This document shows positions 1-11,300 of a stretch of DNA of 20,000 nucleotides, piece by piece. The notes under the pieces are model-generated. The model did no database searches. It had not been told where the DNA came from and saw only the letters and a program-made list of their open reading frames with translations. The translations under genes were made by a program, and so were the position numbers. The stretch comes from Emiliania huxleyi CCMP1516 (lineage: Eukaryota). Where the stretch lies: NCBI RefSeq assembly GCF_000372725.1, contig NW_005201287.1, positions 443,715-463,714 on the forward strand, read 5' to 3'. How positions within the stretch are numbered: position 1 is the first letter of the stretch; every line of letters begins with the position of its first letter.

Positions 1-21
1 CCCCCCCCCTCCCGTTCGCAC

Positions 22-1593
<1,572 letters not shown>

Positions 1594-1598
1594 TCACG

Positions 1599-1895
1599 CC
1601 GGAATCGTGAACCGTGAACTGTGAACCAACTAGCCCCCGCCCCGAGTCCGTGAACCCCGAACCGTGAACCGACTAGCCCCCACCCTGAGTCCGTGAACCG
1701 TGATCCGTGAACCGACTCCTCCCGCGACACCCGCCGCGAACCGTGAACCGTGAACGAACCGAGTCTGGCGAACCGGCGGTGAACCGCCGGTTCGCGAACT
1801 GGGTTCGCGAACTGGTTCGTGAACCGCCCCCACCAAGTTCGCGCGGCGGTTCGCGAACTGGGTTCGCGAGAACTGGTTCGTGAACCGCCCCCACC
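1599..1895. repeat. Left subterminal repeat array of the hAT element (GTGAACC, GGTTCGCGAAC)
   Basis: Many copies of CCGTGAA/GAACC and of palindromic GTTCGCGAAC in both orientations. A longer unit, ACTAGCCCCCGCCCCGAGTCCGTGAACC, is shared with the right end. Confidence 0.85.
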
Positions 1896-1898
1896 AAC

Positions 1899-4608
1899 CT
1901 ACTTGCCGGGCTCATAGTCCTTCTCGTGCTTGCGCATGTACTCCATGAAGGCGCGGTTCATGCGGAGAATCACCACCATCGAGTACTCCTCCGCCTTGTA
2001 ACTGAGGCGGTGACGGTGCACCACCTGCTTGGCGCAGCTGAGGATGCGCTCGCAGAAAGACTCGGCCATGAGGGCGCCGATCTGGCCGGTCGAGCAGCTC
2101 GCCATTGCCGGGAGGAAGCCAAACCGTGAAAACTGCTTCTCAAGGTCGCGGTAAAGCCGTCCAATGTCCAGGTGAAGCTGGTCGATGAGGTCGTCTTGAG
2201 GATCGAAGTCGTACTTGTCGTTCTCCTGTGAACAAGGGCGATATGAGTCCGAAAGTAAAATCCGTAAGTTATCGGGATCGAAAAGAGCGCAACCTCATCC
2301 GGCGCGCCGGGCTCGGTGAAGTACTTGCGCCACGCGCCGTCGTGATAGAGCTCGGCGCGGAACCGTTTCCAGCACTTGAAGACCCTCTTGAACTCGTCGC
2401 GCAGCGCGGCGTCGCGCACCTCAGCAGGGTCAAACTGCTCACCCTCCTCGGACGACGCCTCCTCGTGCGGGCATTGCTGGAGCGGCTTGGGCTTCTTCGA
2501 AGCTGGTGCAGGGACGACCGGAACCAGAGCAGCGGCGGCCCCCTCATCCTCAGTGCACGCCTTGCAGGTGCCGTCGTCGCCAGCAGCGGCGCGGCGCTTC
2601 TCCTCCTCGTAAGAGTCGTGAGCGAGCCCAAAGTTCACGTAGGTCTCCTCGAGTAGCGCGCACGCCTTCTGGTACTGCTCCTTCGAGAGGTGCACGCAGT
2701 TGAGGGTGCGCATGTCGAGCAGTGATGCGAGCAGCTCGCGGTCACTCGTCTCGATGTGCCCGACAGTCGTCTTGTCCTCATCCACGATCTCCGTCTCATT
2801 GCCACAGTATCGCCGCTGGAACTCGAGCTGCGCCCGCCGGAGAGCCTCTTTGCCGACCTCGCCGAGCTCCTCAACCTTTCTTGCGAGACGAGGGAGAACC
2901 TCGCCGTGGTATACGCCTTGAGCGGGTCGAAGACGTCGATGGTCTCAGCAAACAGCTTCGACTGCACCTGCGCCTTGGCAATGTTGGGCCACGCGCCAGT
3001 GAAGGGCTTCTCGAACTGCGCGGTGGTGGTGAGAACCTTGGAGATGACGAGCACGGCTTCGAGCTCCATGATGTCACGCCACGCCTCGGCCGTGCTGCGC
3101 CACTCGATCTCGCCTTCGTGCCTCGCAGCGTACTGCTTGATGGGGATCATGTCGCGCAGGGCCGAGTACAGGAGGTTCCAGCGCGCTGCGATGCGGGTGC
3201 CGTTTTTGTCAGTGCGCAGGCGAATCACGTCCCCGGCGCCAGCCAGCTTGCAAAGCTCGCTCATCCGAGTCTCGGTCTTGTTGAAGTAGGTGGCCATTTT
3301 GCCCACGTTGTCCATCACGGCTTGGCCGTCCGGGAACTCATTGATCGGAATTTTGTTTTTGGAGCGCACCAGGTCGCCGATCGCAGAGGCGCCCACCTTG
3401 TCTGCTGAGTGCATCAGGCATATCTCGGTCTCCACACCAAGCTCCTTGGCGACGGCGACGGCGGCTCCGTCCTGCATCGACGCGGCAATGATCTTTGCAG
3501 GGTCGTATTTGTACGTGTCCTTCAGCTCCCTGCGGAGCAAGTCGGCGACGGCCGGGGCAGTGCCGTCCTTAAGCGGCGTCAGCCCGAGGCAGATGACAAA
3601 GTTTTGGTTCCAGCGTGGGTCGACGAACTGAAGGCCGAAGGCTTGGTGCTTGATATGGTTGTCCAGAGTGCCGCCGTCATGCAATATCTGCCCAAAGGCG
3701 TTGCCGCCCGCCTTCTCCATCTGGTAGTCGATCACCTTTGAGAAGTAACGTTGAAAGACGGCAAATTCGGCGCGCGTGCGGTCAAAAAATCCGCCGATCG
3801 TGAGCACGGCGCCGGACTGGCCGAAAGAGCCATTGGCGTGGCGCGACCGGCACGTGCCCTGCACTTGGAGCATATTCACATAGTACGGGTCGCGCAGGGT
3901 CTGCTTGGAGAGCACTTGCTTGCAGTAGATGAGGCACTGCGTCTGGGCGGCCAACTGTCGCTCCTCCCGGGAAAGCAGCGATGGGGCTGCATCGCTGCTG
4001 CTGCTGCCGACGGCACCAGACGAACCGAAAGCAGCCATCACGGTCGTCTGCCTCTTTGCTTTCTGCGAGGATCGCTCCAGCGCGTTTGGCTGCGATGAGC
4101 CGGTCAAAAATGGTGGGTGCTTGTACATATCGGCGTGCGCTGCCTTGTTGTGAGAGTTGACCTTAGACGTCTGTGGAAGGTGTTGGCCGCCCTTGTTGTT
4201 AGGCAGAAGAAAGAGGTGGTTGCAGATTTGGCCCGTGCCCTCGCCGTCCTCGTTCAATGGCTCGTACAAGCACACGTGCGTTCTGGCATGCCCCTTGTTG
4301 CCTTCGGTACGGACAGTCTCTGGGTGCGCCGACGTGAGCTCTCGCACAAATGTCATCTCAAGCGACTTGATCCCTTTTGGAAGTTCGGTGTACCAATCGG
4401 GCGGAAGCTCATCGTGCGAACGCACCTCCCAGTCCGTGGAGCAGCGCCTCTGCGATACCGCGCTCGGGTCGACAGCGATGAGCGTGCCCTCCACCGAATC
4501 AGTCTCCACCGCGGTCTCACAATCAGCTGGAGGGGGGGTGATCGTCTCGGCAGTCGATGGCGGCTCCTGCGAGGCGCCTGCCCCGGGGGTGCACTGCTTT
4601 GGAGCCAT
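1899..4608 (-). CDS. hAT transposase with one intron (2226-2293) and an apparent frameshift near 2900; possibly a pseudogene
   Basis: ATG at 4608. BED-like C..C..H..H zinc finger (HVCLY...ICNH...SHNKAAH); candidate catalytic residues in LHDGGT and MQDGAA; CLMH (CxxH); TRIA; C-terminal hAT dimerisation-type segment GALMAESFCERILS...ILRMNRAFMEYMR. Stop TAG at 1899-1901. The reading frame switches near 2900 into VLPRLARKVEELGEVGKEALRRAQLEFQRRY. Confidence 0.88.
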
Positions 4609-4826
4609 ATGTGTCGACCACCGAGGGGACGAACGTCTCAATTGATGCGATTAGTTCTCGAACCGCGTTTGGGTTCGCTGCGAACCGCATTTGGGTTAGG
4701 TATATTGCATATTTGGGAGTTATCCCACAAACAACCAAACTTGCGAACCAAGGTCCGTGACATAATAACGAACTGCCGCCGCGAACTTCCCACGTAGCCA
4801 GCCCCGTGAGCCCCGTGCCTGTCACC
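4609..4826. promoter_or_regulatory. Probable bidirectional promoter inside the transposon
   Basis: 218-bp, relatively AT-rich spacer between two divergent ATGs (4608 on -, 4827 on +). Contains CGAACC/GGTTCG motifs like those in the subterminal arrays. Confidence 0.45.
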
Positions 4827-5502
4827 ATGAAGAAGGCATCCGAGGACACCACTGACACGGAGGAGTCGTACCACGACACGCCACCACCACCCGACACGCC
4901 GCCTCCGTACTACGGGTCTGTGCCGTACGAGCTCAGTGAGCACGGTTCGTTCAGCGATCCGCGGCGCTTCTCGGTCGGCCTCCTGCAAGAGGCTGGCTAC
5001 CTCGACGAGAACCTGCAGCGGTGTAAGCGTCTGAGGGCCGACTCGCCCGTTCCGTTTGCCGGGCCGGACGCGTCTGCACCGCCTGACCTCGAGCCGGCCA
5101 CGTCTTTCGCGGAGCTGCGCCGCCGGGCCGAGTTGGCCAATAAGAAGGTGGCAGCGGAGGCGGAGGCGGCGGCGGCGGCGGCGGCGTTCGAGCAGAAGCC
5201 GGCAGTCGCCGATTCCGAGGTCTGCGTCCCCACATCAGACACACCGCCCCATCCAGCTGATCGTCGCTTTCCCTCCACAGGAGGCGGTGCTACCCCTTCC
5301 GCTTCACCCGGAGCTGGGCGGCGAGGAGGGCCACTACCAGACCGTTTGGCGCCGCTCTACCGCGGTCAACGAGTTTGGGATGGCTCTGTTTGTTCCCAAG
5401 CCCGAGCCATCCTCTGCCCACGGCGGCTCCGGCCGCCACACGATCAAGATCGACCACGACCCACCGTCCCCGGTGGCGGTGCGGTTTGAGCCGGAAAAGT
5501 AG
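4827..5502 (+). CDS. Transposon-borne accessory ORF of unknown function (~204 aa, two exons)
   Basis: ATG at 4827; exon 4827-5219; GT-AG intron 5220-5280 with a pyrimidine tract (CTTTCCCTCCACAG); in-frame exon 5281-5502 ending in TAG. Acidic/Pro/Ala-rich; no domain recognised. Confidence 0.55.
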
Positions 5503-5654
5503 ATGCCCACAAGTGCGAGCGTCCGGCTGGGCGGCCACTGTATATCAGGGCTGAGGGGCGACAGACGGCTGGCGGGCAGAGGCACAGGTAGCCCAGCGTC
5601 TCGTCGAACTCCCCTCGAGGAACTCCCGCCACTTTGTTCCGGCTTTCGCCGCGC

Positions 5655-5983
5655 TGGTTCGAATTTCTGGGTCTCGGTTCACGGATGGTTCGCGAACTGT
5701 GGTTCGCGAACTGTGTCGGTGTGTAAGAGGTGTGAAAATAAGCTTGGTTCATGAACTAGTTCAGTGGTTCACCCTCGAACCGACCGTGAACTCTGAACCG
5801 TGAACCCGAACCGAGGCAGGACAAACCAGGGCGAACCGCGAACCGTGAACCGACTAGCCCCCGCCCCGAGTCCGTGAACCCTGAACCGTGAACGACCAGA
5901 CCCCGCCCCGAGTCCGTGAACCGCGAACCGTGAACGAGCCGTGAACCGCGAACTGGTTCATGAACCGGGTTCACGGTTCACCC
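5655..5983. repeat. Right subterminal repeat array of the hAT element
   Basis: Dense GTGAACC, GCGAAC and GGTTC motifs leading up to the right TIR. Confidence 0.85.
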
Positions 5984-6204
5984 CGTGAACTGAGAGGCCT
6001 GTCTCCGGCACAGCGACAGGCTCGACACAGGTGCGGACTGGCGCGTGCTAGCACTATCACAGGCAAACCAAGTCCGTGCGAGGGCATAAAATAAATTGAT
6101 AATCTCAATCCGCCAGCAGCGCACGCGTACCCACCTTAGCGTTCACCTGCTATCCGCCGGTACCCAAACCGGATGCATCTCCGCACGACCCAGGAATGCA
6201 GTTT

Positions 6205-6310
6205 TGCGACGGTGTATCAGTCGCCTTATGCCACCGTTGCACTGTATCAGTCGCCTTATGCCACCGTTGCATATGCAACGGTGGCATAAGGCGACTGATA
6301 CACCGTCGCA
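6205..6310. repeat. Fold-back inverted repeat with a duplicated arm
   Basis: Perfect 60-bp palindrome at 6243-6302. The 29-bp arm TGTATCAGTCGCCTTATGCCACCGTTGCA is repeated at 6213-6241. 6205-6241 is the reverse complement of 6274-6310. Confidence 0.92.
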
Positions 6311-6553
6311 GTTGCGACGATCTTCGTGAGGTTTGGCGTGGTCGAGAGCGCAAGAGGCCGCCGACGCGGCCGACGCGAAGCATGACGTCGCCGTGGACCG
6401 GTTCAAGGCGACCGGCTCCGCTGGGAGCGCCAAGCGCTCCGCCAAAGCTCGCCAAGCGGAAGCGCTCCGCTGCCGCTGCGCGCGCCGGCGCGCGGCACAG
6501 GCCACCATCGCTTAACGCGTAGGCTGCGCGTAGGACAGGGTACAGACTTTTCG

Positions 6554-7699
6554 TTAATCAGCCTCGCGCGCCGCCTCGCGCGCCGCCCGTGCCGCCACCT
6601 CCTCCGGGCTATCGAAATACTCGGGCCATGGAAACCGCGGGTGGCCCTTCGCGCCGCCGTTGGGCCCGTACCGGAACGGCTTCGCCGCGCCCATCGCCTC
6701 GAGCTCGGCCATGTGCGCCTCCGACAACTCGAAGTCGAAGGTGTCCAGATTCGCCGCCATGTACGCCGGCGTCTTCGACTTTGGGATCGCGACAACGCCG
6801 CGCTGCGTGTGGAAGCGCACGAGGACCTGCGCCGCGCTCTTGCCGTACGACGCACCGATCGCGGCGATGCCCGCGTCGCCGAGCAGCGACGGGTCGGAGT
6901 CGGTGCGCGCGCGCACATTGTCGGGCGATCCGAGCGGCGAGTACGCGGTCACGACGATCTTGCGGGCGCGGCAGAAGTCGAGCAGGCTCGTCTGCGGCAG
7001 CAGCGGGTGCGACTCCACCTGATTGACCGCGATCGGGATCCCGCTCTTCGTAGAGACCAGTACGTAGTCGATCGCCGCGAGCTGCGCCTGGTTGAAGTTG
7101 CTCGCGCCGATGCTGCGCGTGAGCCCGGCGCGGACGGCGGCCTCCATCCCGCGCCACGTCTCCTCGAGCGGCACGTCGCCGGGCGAGCCGTCGGCGCGCG
7201 GCGCCTCGAAGTCCCACATCGGGCCGCTGCCGTCGGCGCGGCGCGGGAAGTTCTCGGCGACGCCCTCGGTCCGCGCGAACGCCATCGGCCAGTGCACCAA
7301 GTAGAGATCGAGGTACTCGAGCTGCAGCTGCGCCAGCGTGTGGCGGAGCGCGCGCTCGACGTCGCGCTGCTCGTGCTTCGTGTTCCAGAGTTTCGAGACG
7401 ACGAAGAGCTCGTCGCGCCGAATCTCGCCGGAATCGAAGAGCTCCTTGAGCGCCGCGCCGATTTCGGCCTCGTTGTCGTAGCAATGGGCGCAGTCAATGT
7501 GGCGGTAGCCGCAGCGGATGGCAGCTTTCACGGCGTCGCCCACGACGCCGTCCTTGGATTTCCAGGTGCCGAGACCGACCAAAGGCATGTCGAAGCCGCT
7601 TGCGAGGCGGACGGTGCGCGGAGAGGCGGCGGCGGCGGGCGCGGCGGCGCCGATGGTGGCGGCGGCGGGCGCGGCGGCGGCGACGCAGGCCGAGGACAT
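6554..7699 (-). CDS. Aldo/keto reductase (AKR1/aldehyde reductase-like), intronless
   Basis: Motifs MPLVGLGTW, GYRHIDCAHCY, LFVVSKLW, YLDLYLVHWP, IGASNFN, NQVESHP, TAYSPLGS and IPKS. The D-Y-K-H tetrad is present. Likely ATG at 7699. Confidence 0.95.
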   Translation of the reverse strand: MSSACVAAAAPAAATIGAAAPAAAASPRTVRLASGFDMPLVGLGTWKSKDGVVGDAVKAAIRCGYRHIDCAHCYDNEAEIGAALKELFDSGEIRRDELFVVSKLWNTKHEQRDVERALRHTLAQLQLEYLDLYLVHWPMAFARTEGVAENFPRRADGSGPMWDFEAPRADGSPGDVPLEETWRGMEAAVRAGLTRSIGASNFNQAQLAAIDYVLVSTKSGIPIAVNQVESHPLLPQTSLLDFCRARKIVVTAYSPLGSPDNVRARTDSDPSLLGDAGIAAIGASYGKSAAQVLVRFHTQRGVVAIPKSKTPAYMAANLDTFDFELSEAHMAELEAMGAAKPFRYGPNGGAKGHPRFPWPEYFDSPEEVAARAAREAAREAD

Positions 7700-7922
7700 C
7701 GACGCAAATCTGCGAGGATTTGCGACTCGCTTTAGCCGCCGTCGATCCCCGCGTGGTGCTTTGTCCAAACCACCCGTAACTCGTCGACGGGTGCGGGATC
7801 GCGGCGCAGTCAGTGCCGTGGCGATGCCTCCGGCTGTTTGCGGTCGTAGAGCTCTGCGCGACACAACAAGGGCTTACCCGGGTATCTCGAGGTTCTCGAG
7901 GTGGATATCCTTTGGCCGCGTT

Positions 7923-8175
7923 GGGTTATGCTCTGGCGAGATGTGAGGCGCATGCGCCCAGGAGGGGAGGGCGCATGCGTAACGACGCTGCTAGAGATGC
8001 CTTTCGGGGCCCAGAGATAAAACTTCTGATGCCATGCATGGCCTAGTAGTGTCCCCAGCTATGGGCGTGTCCACGTTGGAGCCAGGTGTGGTGTGGGCGC
8101 CAGAATAGCTCCGCCGTTCATGGAGGCAACCGATACGAGTCGACTGGTGTGTCCTCGTGGTTTCGTATCAAGAAT
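7923..8175. repeat. Dispersed ~250-bp repeat, copy 1 (unclassified non-autonomous element)
   Basis: Highly similar, same orientation, to 19715-19972. Shared stretches include CTGCTAGAGATGCCTTTCGGGGCCCAGAGATAAAACTTCTG and CCTAGTAGTGTCCCCAGCTATGGGCGTGTCCACGTTGGAGCCAGGTGTGGTGTGGGCGC. Confidence 0.88.
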
Positions 8176-8376
8176 ACTCACTCACACGTAACACCAGCCA
8201 AAACGCGCGATCGCTCACGATTTGCGCGCCGCGCCACGCCGCTCTGCAAGTGCAGGAGCCGGAGGGCGGGGCCAGGCATGAACACAGACCTCAGAGCACC
8301 CTCTCCATGATGAGCGTGCGCGGGTTGCGCGCCGAACGGCTGCGATCGTGTCATGGTGTCGTGAAGTGTAAAGGCA

Positions 8377-11300
8377 CTAAGCAGAGCCGCCGCGCCCCGC
8401 GCCCCGCCCGCCCCGCCCGCCCCGCCCGCCGCGTCCACGCCCGCCTCGCCCGCCTCGCCCACCGACCGCCGCCGTGGCGCCCACGGGCTGAGCCTGGGGC
8501 ACGGTGCGCGAGGGCGGCTGGTGAACAAACGTCGACTGCGCCGCCACCAGCCGCCCAGTTGCGGCGATGGGCAGCGCCGGCTGGCGGCAGGCCGGGCAGT
8601 TGGTGTCGCGCTCCAGCACGCGCGGCGCACACGTCTCGCAGTATAGCGCGTGGCCGCACGCGAAACGGACCGAGCGCGGCGCGTCCCAGCAGAGGTCACA
8701 CAGGCGCTCCTCGGCCCCAGCCGTCTCCTCCACCTCCCGCGCCGCCTCGACCAGCGCCTCCAGCCGCGGCAGCGCCTCTGCGAGCGGCATCCGCTTCTTC
8801 TTCCGCTCGTACGCCAGCCCGACCACCAGCCGCGTCAGCTCCTCGGCCTGCGCCGCCGACCAGCCCGCGTCGGCCGCCGCGATGCTCTCCGCCGTGTCGG
8901 GCTCCTCCAATTCATCCTCGCACGCGTTGAGCAAGCCGAGAGCGCCGCGGCCGGTCAGGGCGACGAGAAGCGTGATGCCGAGCGCAAAGCCATCGGTGAG
9001 CTGAGAAGCCTGACCGTCGTGCATGATGATCGAGTCCATGTAGCCGGGCTTCCCAAAGATGCGTTGCGTCGACAGGTGCGAGACCTGTCCATTGCCGCCG
9101 GCCGTCGCCTCTGCCGCGCGCGCGAGGCCCACGTCGGCGAGGTACCCGTTGCCGCGCTCGTCGAGCAGGATGTTGCCCGCCGAGACGTCGCGGTGCAGGA
9201 TCATCGGTGAGCGCGTGTGCAGGTAGTGCAGCGCGCTCGCGGCGTCGCGCAGCACGCGGAGCCGTGCGGCGGAGGAGAGCGGCGGAGGCGGCGTCTCGAA
9301 GCCGAGCATGCGGAGTCGCTGCAGCGCGGCTGGAGCGCGGTAGAGGCGGTCCTCGAGGCTGCCGCCGCGGCAGAGGGGGTAGACGAGGCACGCTCTCGCC
9401 CGTGCCAAGCAGACGCCGAGCAGAGGGAGGAGCGACCGGTGGCATGCCGCGCTGAGCGTGCGCACCTCGCTCTGCAGCTCGGCGAGGCCTTGGGCGCCGA
9501 CACCGACCAGCGCCGTCTTGACGGCGAACCCGCAAGCGACGCGCGGAAGCGACGGCAGCGCGTCGGCGCGGTACACGCGCCCAAAGCCCCCCTCGCCCAC
9601 CTTGTGCGCCTCGGCAAAACCGTCGGTCGCCGCGATGAGCTCGTCGAGAGGGACGGCGGCGGGCGGCGCGGCGGCGGCGGCGAGGGCGGCGACACTCGAC
9701 GCCGCCCCCGCTGCCACCGCTGCCCCCGCCGCTGCCTCCGCTGCCGCCTCCGCTGCCGCCTCCGCTGCCGCCGCCTCTTGAGCCTCCGCTGCCGCCGCTG
9801 CCTCCGTTGCCGCCGCCTCCGCCTCTGCTGCCTCTTGAGCCTCTGCTGCCGCCACGGCCGCCACTGCCGCCTCTACAGCCGCCGCCTCCGCCGCCGCCTC
9901 CGCCTCCGCCTCCGCCCTCATCCGCGCCTCCTCCCTCATCCGCGCCTCCTCCCTCTCCCTTGCCGCCTCCTCCCTTGCCCTCGCCTCTGCCTGCTCCCCT
10001 GCGCGCGACGCCGCCTCCGCCTCCTCCGCCGCCCGCGCCGCCGCAGCCTCTACTACCACCCGATCCGCTTCCTCCGCCACTCGCGCCTCCTCCGCCACTC
10101 GCGCCTCCTCAGCCGCCCGCGCCTCCTCCGCCTGCTCCGCCGCCCGCTCCGCCGCCCGCGCCGCCGCCGCCGCCGCCTTCTCCTCCTTCTGCCGCTGCCG
10201 CTTCAGCGGCTTGGCCAGCTCGTCGCGCAGCCGCCGCGCCGCTCGCAACGCCTCCGAACCGTCGGCGGCCTGGGCGGTGTTTGCGTTGATCGCCGCCCTG
10301 AGCGCCTCGAGATCGGCGTCGCCTCGCTCGCACGCCTCAACCGCCTCGCGCAGCGCAGCCTCGGCAGCATCGCGCGCCTCCGCCGCCTCCGCAGCCGCTG
10401 CCGCCTCGCGTGCGGCCGCCGCAGCCTGTTCGGCTGATTCTGCGACCGCCGTCTTCCCCCCCGCCTCTGCTGCGGTCGACGAGTGCTCCTCGAGGGCGCG
10501 CACGCACTCGGCGTGGTCGTTCTCCTTGGCCCATTGAAGCGCCGTCTTGCCGTCAACAGTAGGCGTTGTGTCTGCGCCCGCCTGCAGCAAGCGCCGCACG
10601 ACAGCGGGGAGGTTGAGGAAGGCGGCGCACATCAGCGCGGTCCAGCCTTTGATGTCCTGCAGGTTGATCTCAGCACCGTGCCGTATCAGCAGCTCAACCA
10701 CACGCTCGTGGCCGTTGCCGGCGGCGTACATCAGCGCGGTGCCGCCTTTGCTGCTCTGCAGGTTGACGTCAGCGCCGCGCCGTATCAGCAAGTCGACCAA
10801 CCGCTCGTGGCCTTGGCTGGCGGCGATCATCAGCGCGGTGTCGCCGTCGCTGTTCTGCAGGTTGATCTCTGCGCCGTGCCGAATCAGCAGCTCGACCACC
10901 CGCTCGTGGCCGTGCTCGGCGGCGCCCATCAGCAACGTGAGGCCGCTCACGCCGCCTCTCTCGTACGTCGCGTTGGCCCGCCCGCCGCCCTCAAGCCACT
11001 CCAGTATCGCCGCCTCCTCGCCTCGCCCAGCCGCTGCCACGATCGCATCGGAGGCTGCCGCGCCACCGCTCGGCGCCCGCCCCGCCGCCGCCGCTGGAGA
11101 TAGCGTCTCCGCGACTCTCGATCCAGCCGAGGAAGCGCCGCAGGAGGAAGCGCCGCCTGCGCCTTCGCCGCCGGCTGCCGTCGCCGCGGGCCGTCCCGCC
11201 ACGACCGACTCCTTGACGTGCTGCCGGAACGCCTCGATGCACTCGGCGTGGCCCTTCTCCTTGGCCAGCTGCAGCGCCGTTTTGCCGCCCGCACTGCGCG

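Noticed and set aside
1599..1895. GAACC repeat arrays as CRISPR or telomeric repeats
   Set aside because: Irregular short motifs confined to the transposon subtermini; explained as transposase-binding arrays.
6205..6310. 29-30 bp repeats as a possible CRISPR array
   Set aside because: No unique spacers, the third copy is inverted, there are no cas genes, and the context is eukaryotic.
6333..6515. Short Ala-rich ORF next to the palindrome
   Set aside because: No clear start or recognisable homology; cannot be supported as a gene.
7923..8175. Repeat core as an snRNA, SRP RNA, RNase P/MRP RNA or hammerhead ribozyme
   Set aside because: Diagnostic motifs were not found by eye (e.g. no CUGANGA...GAAA core). 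An Infernal search would be needed to exclude this fully.
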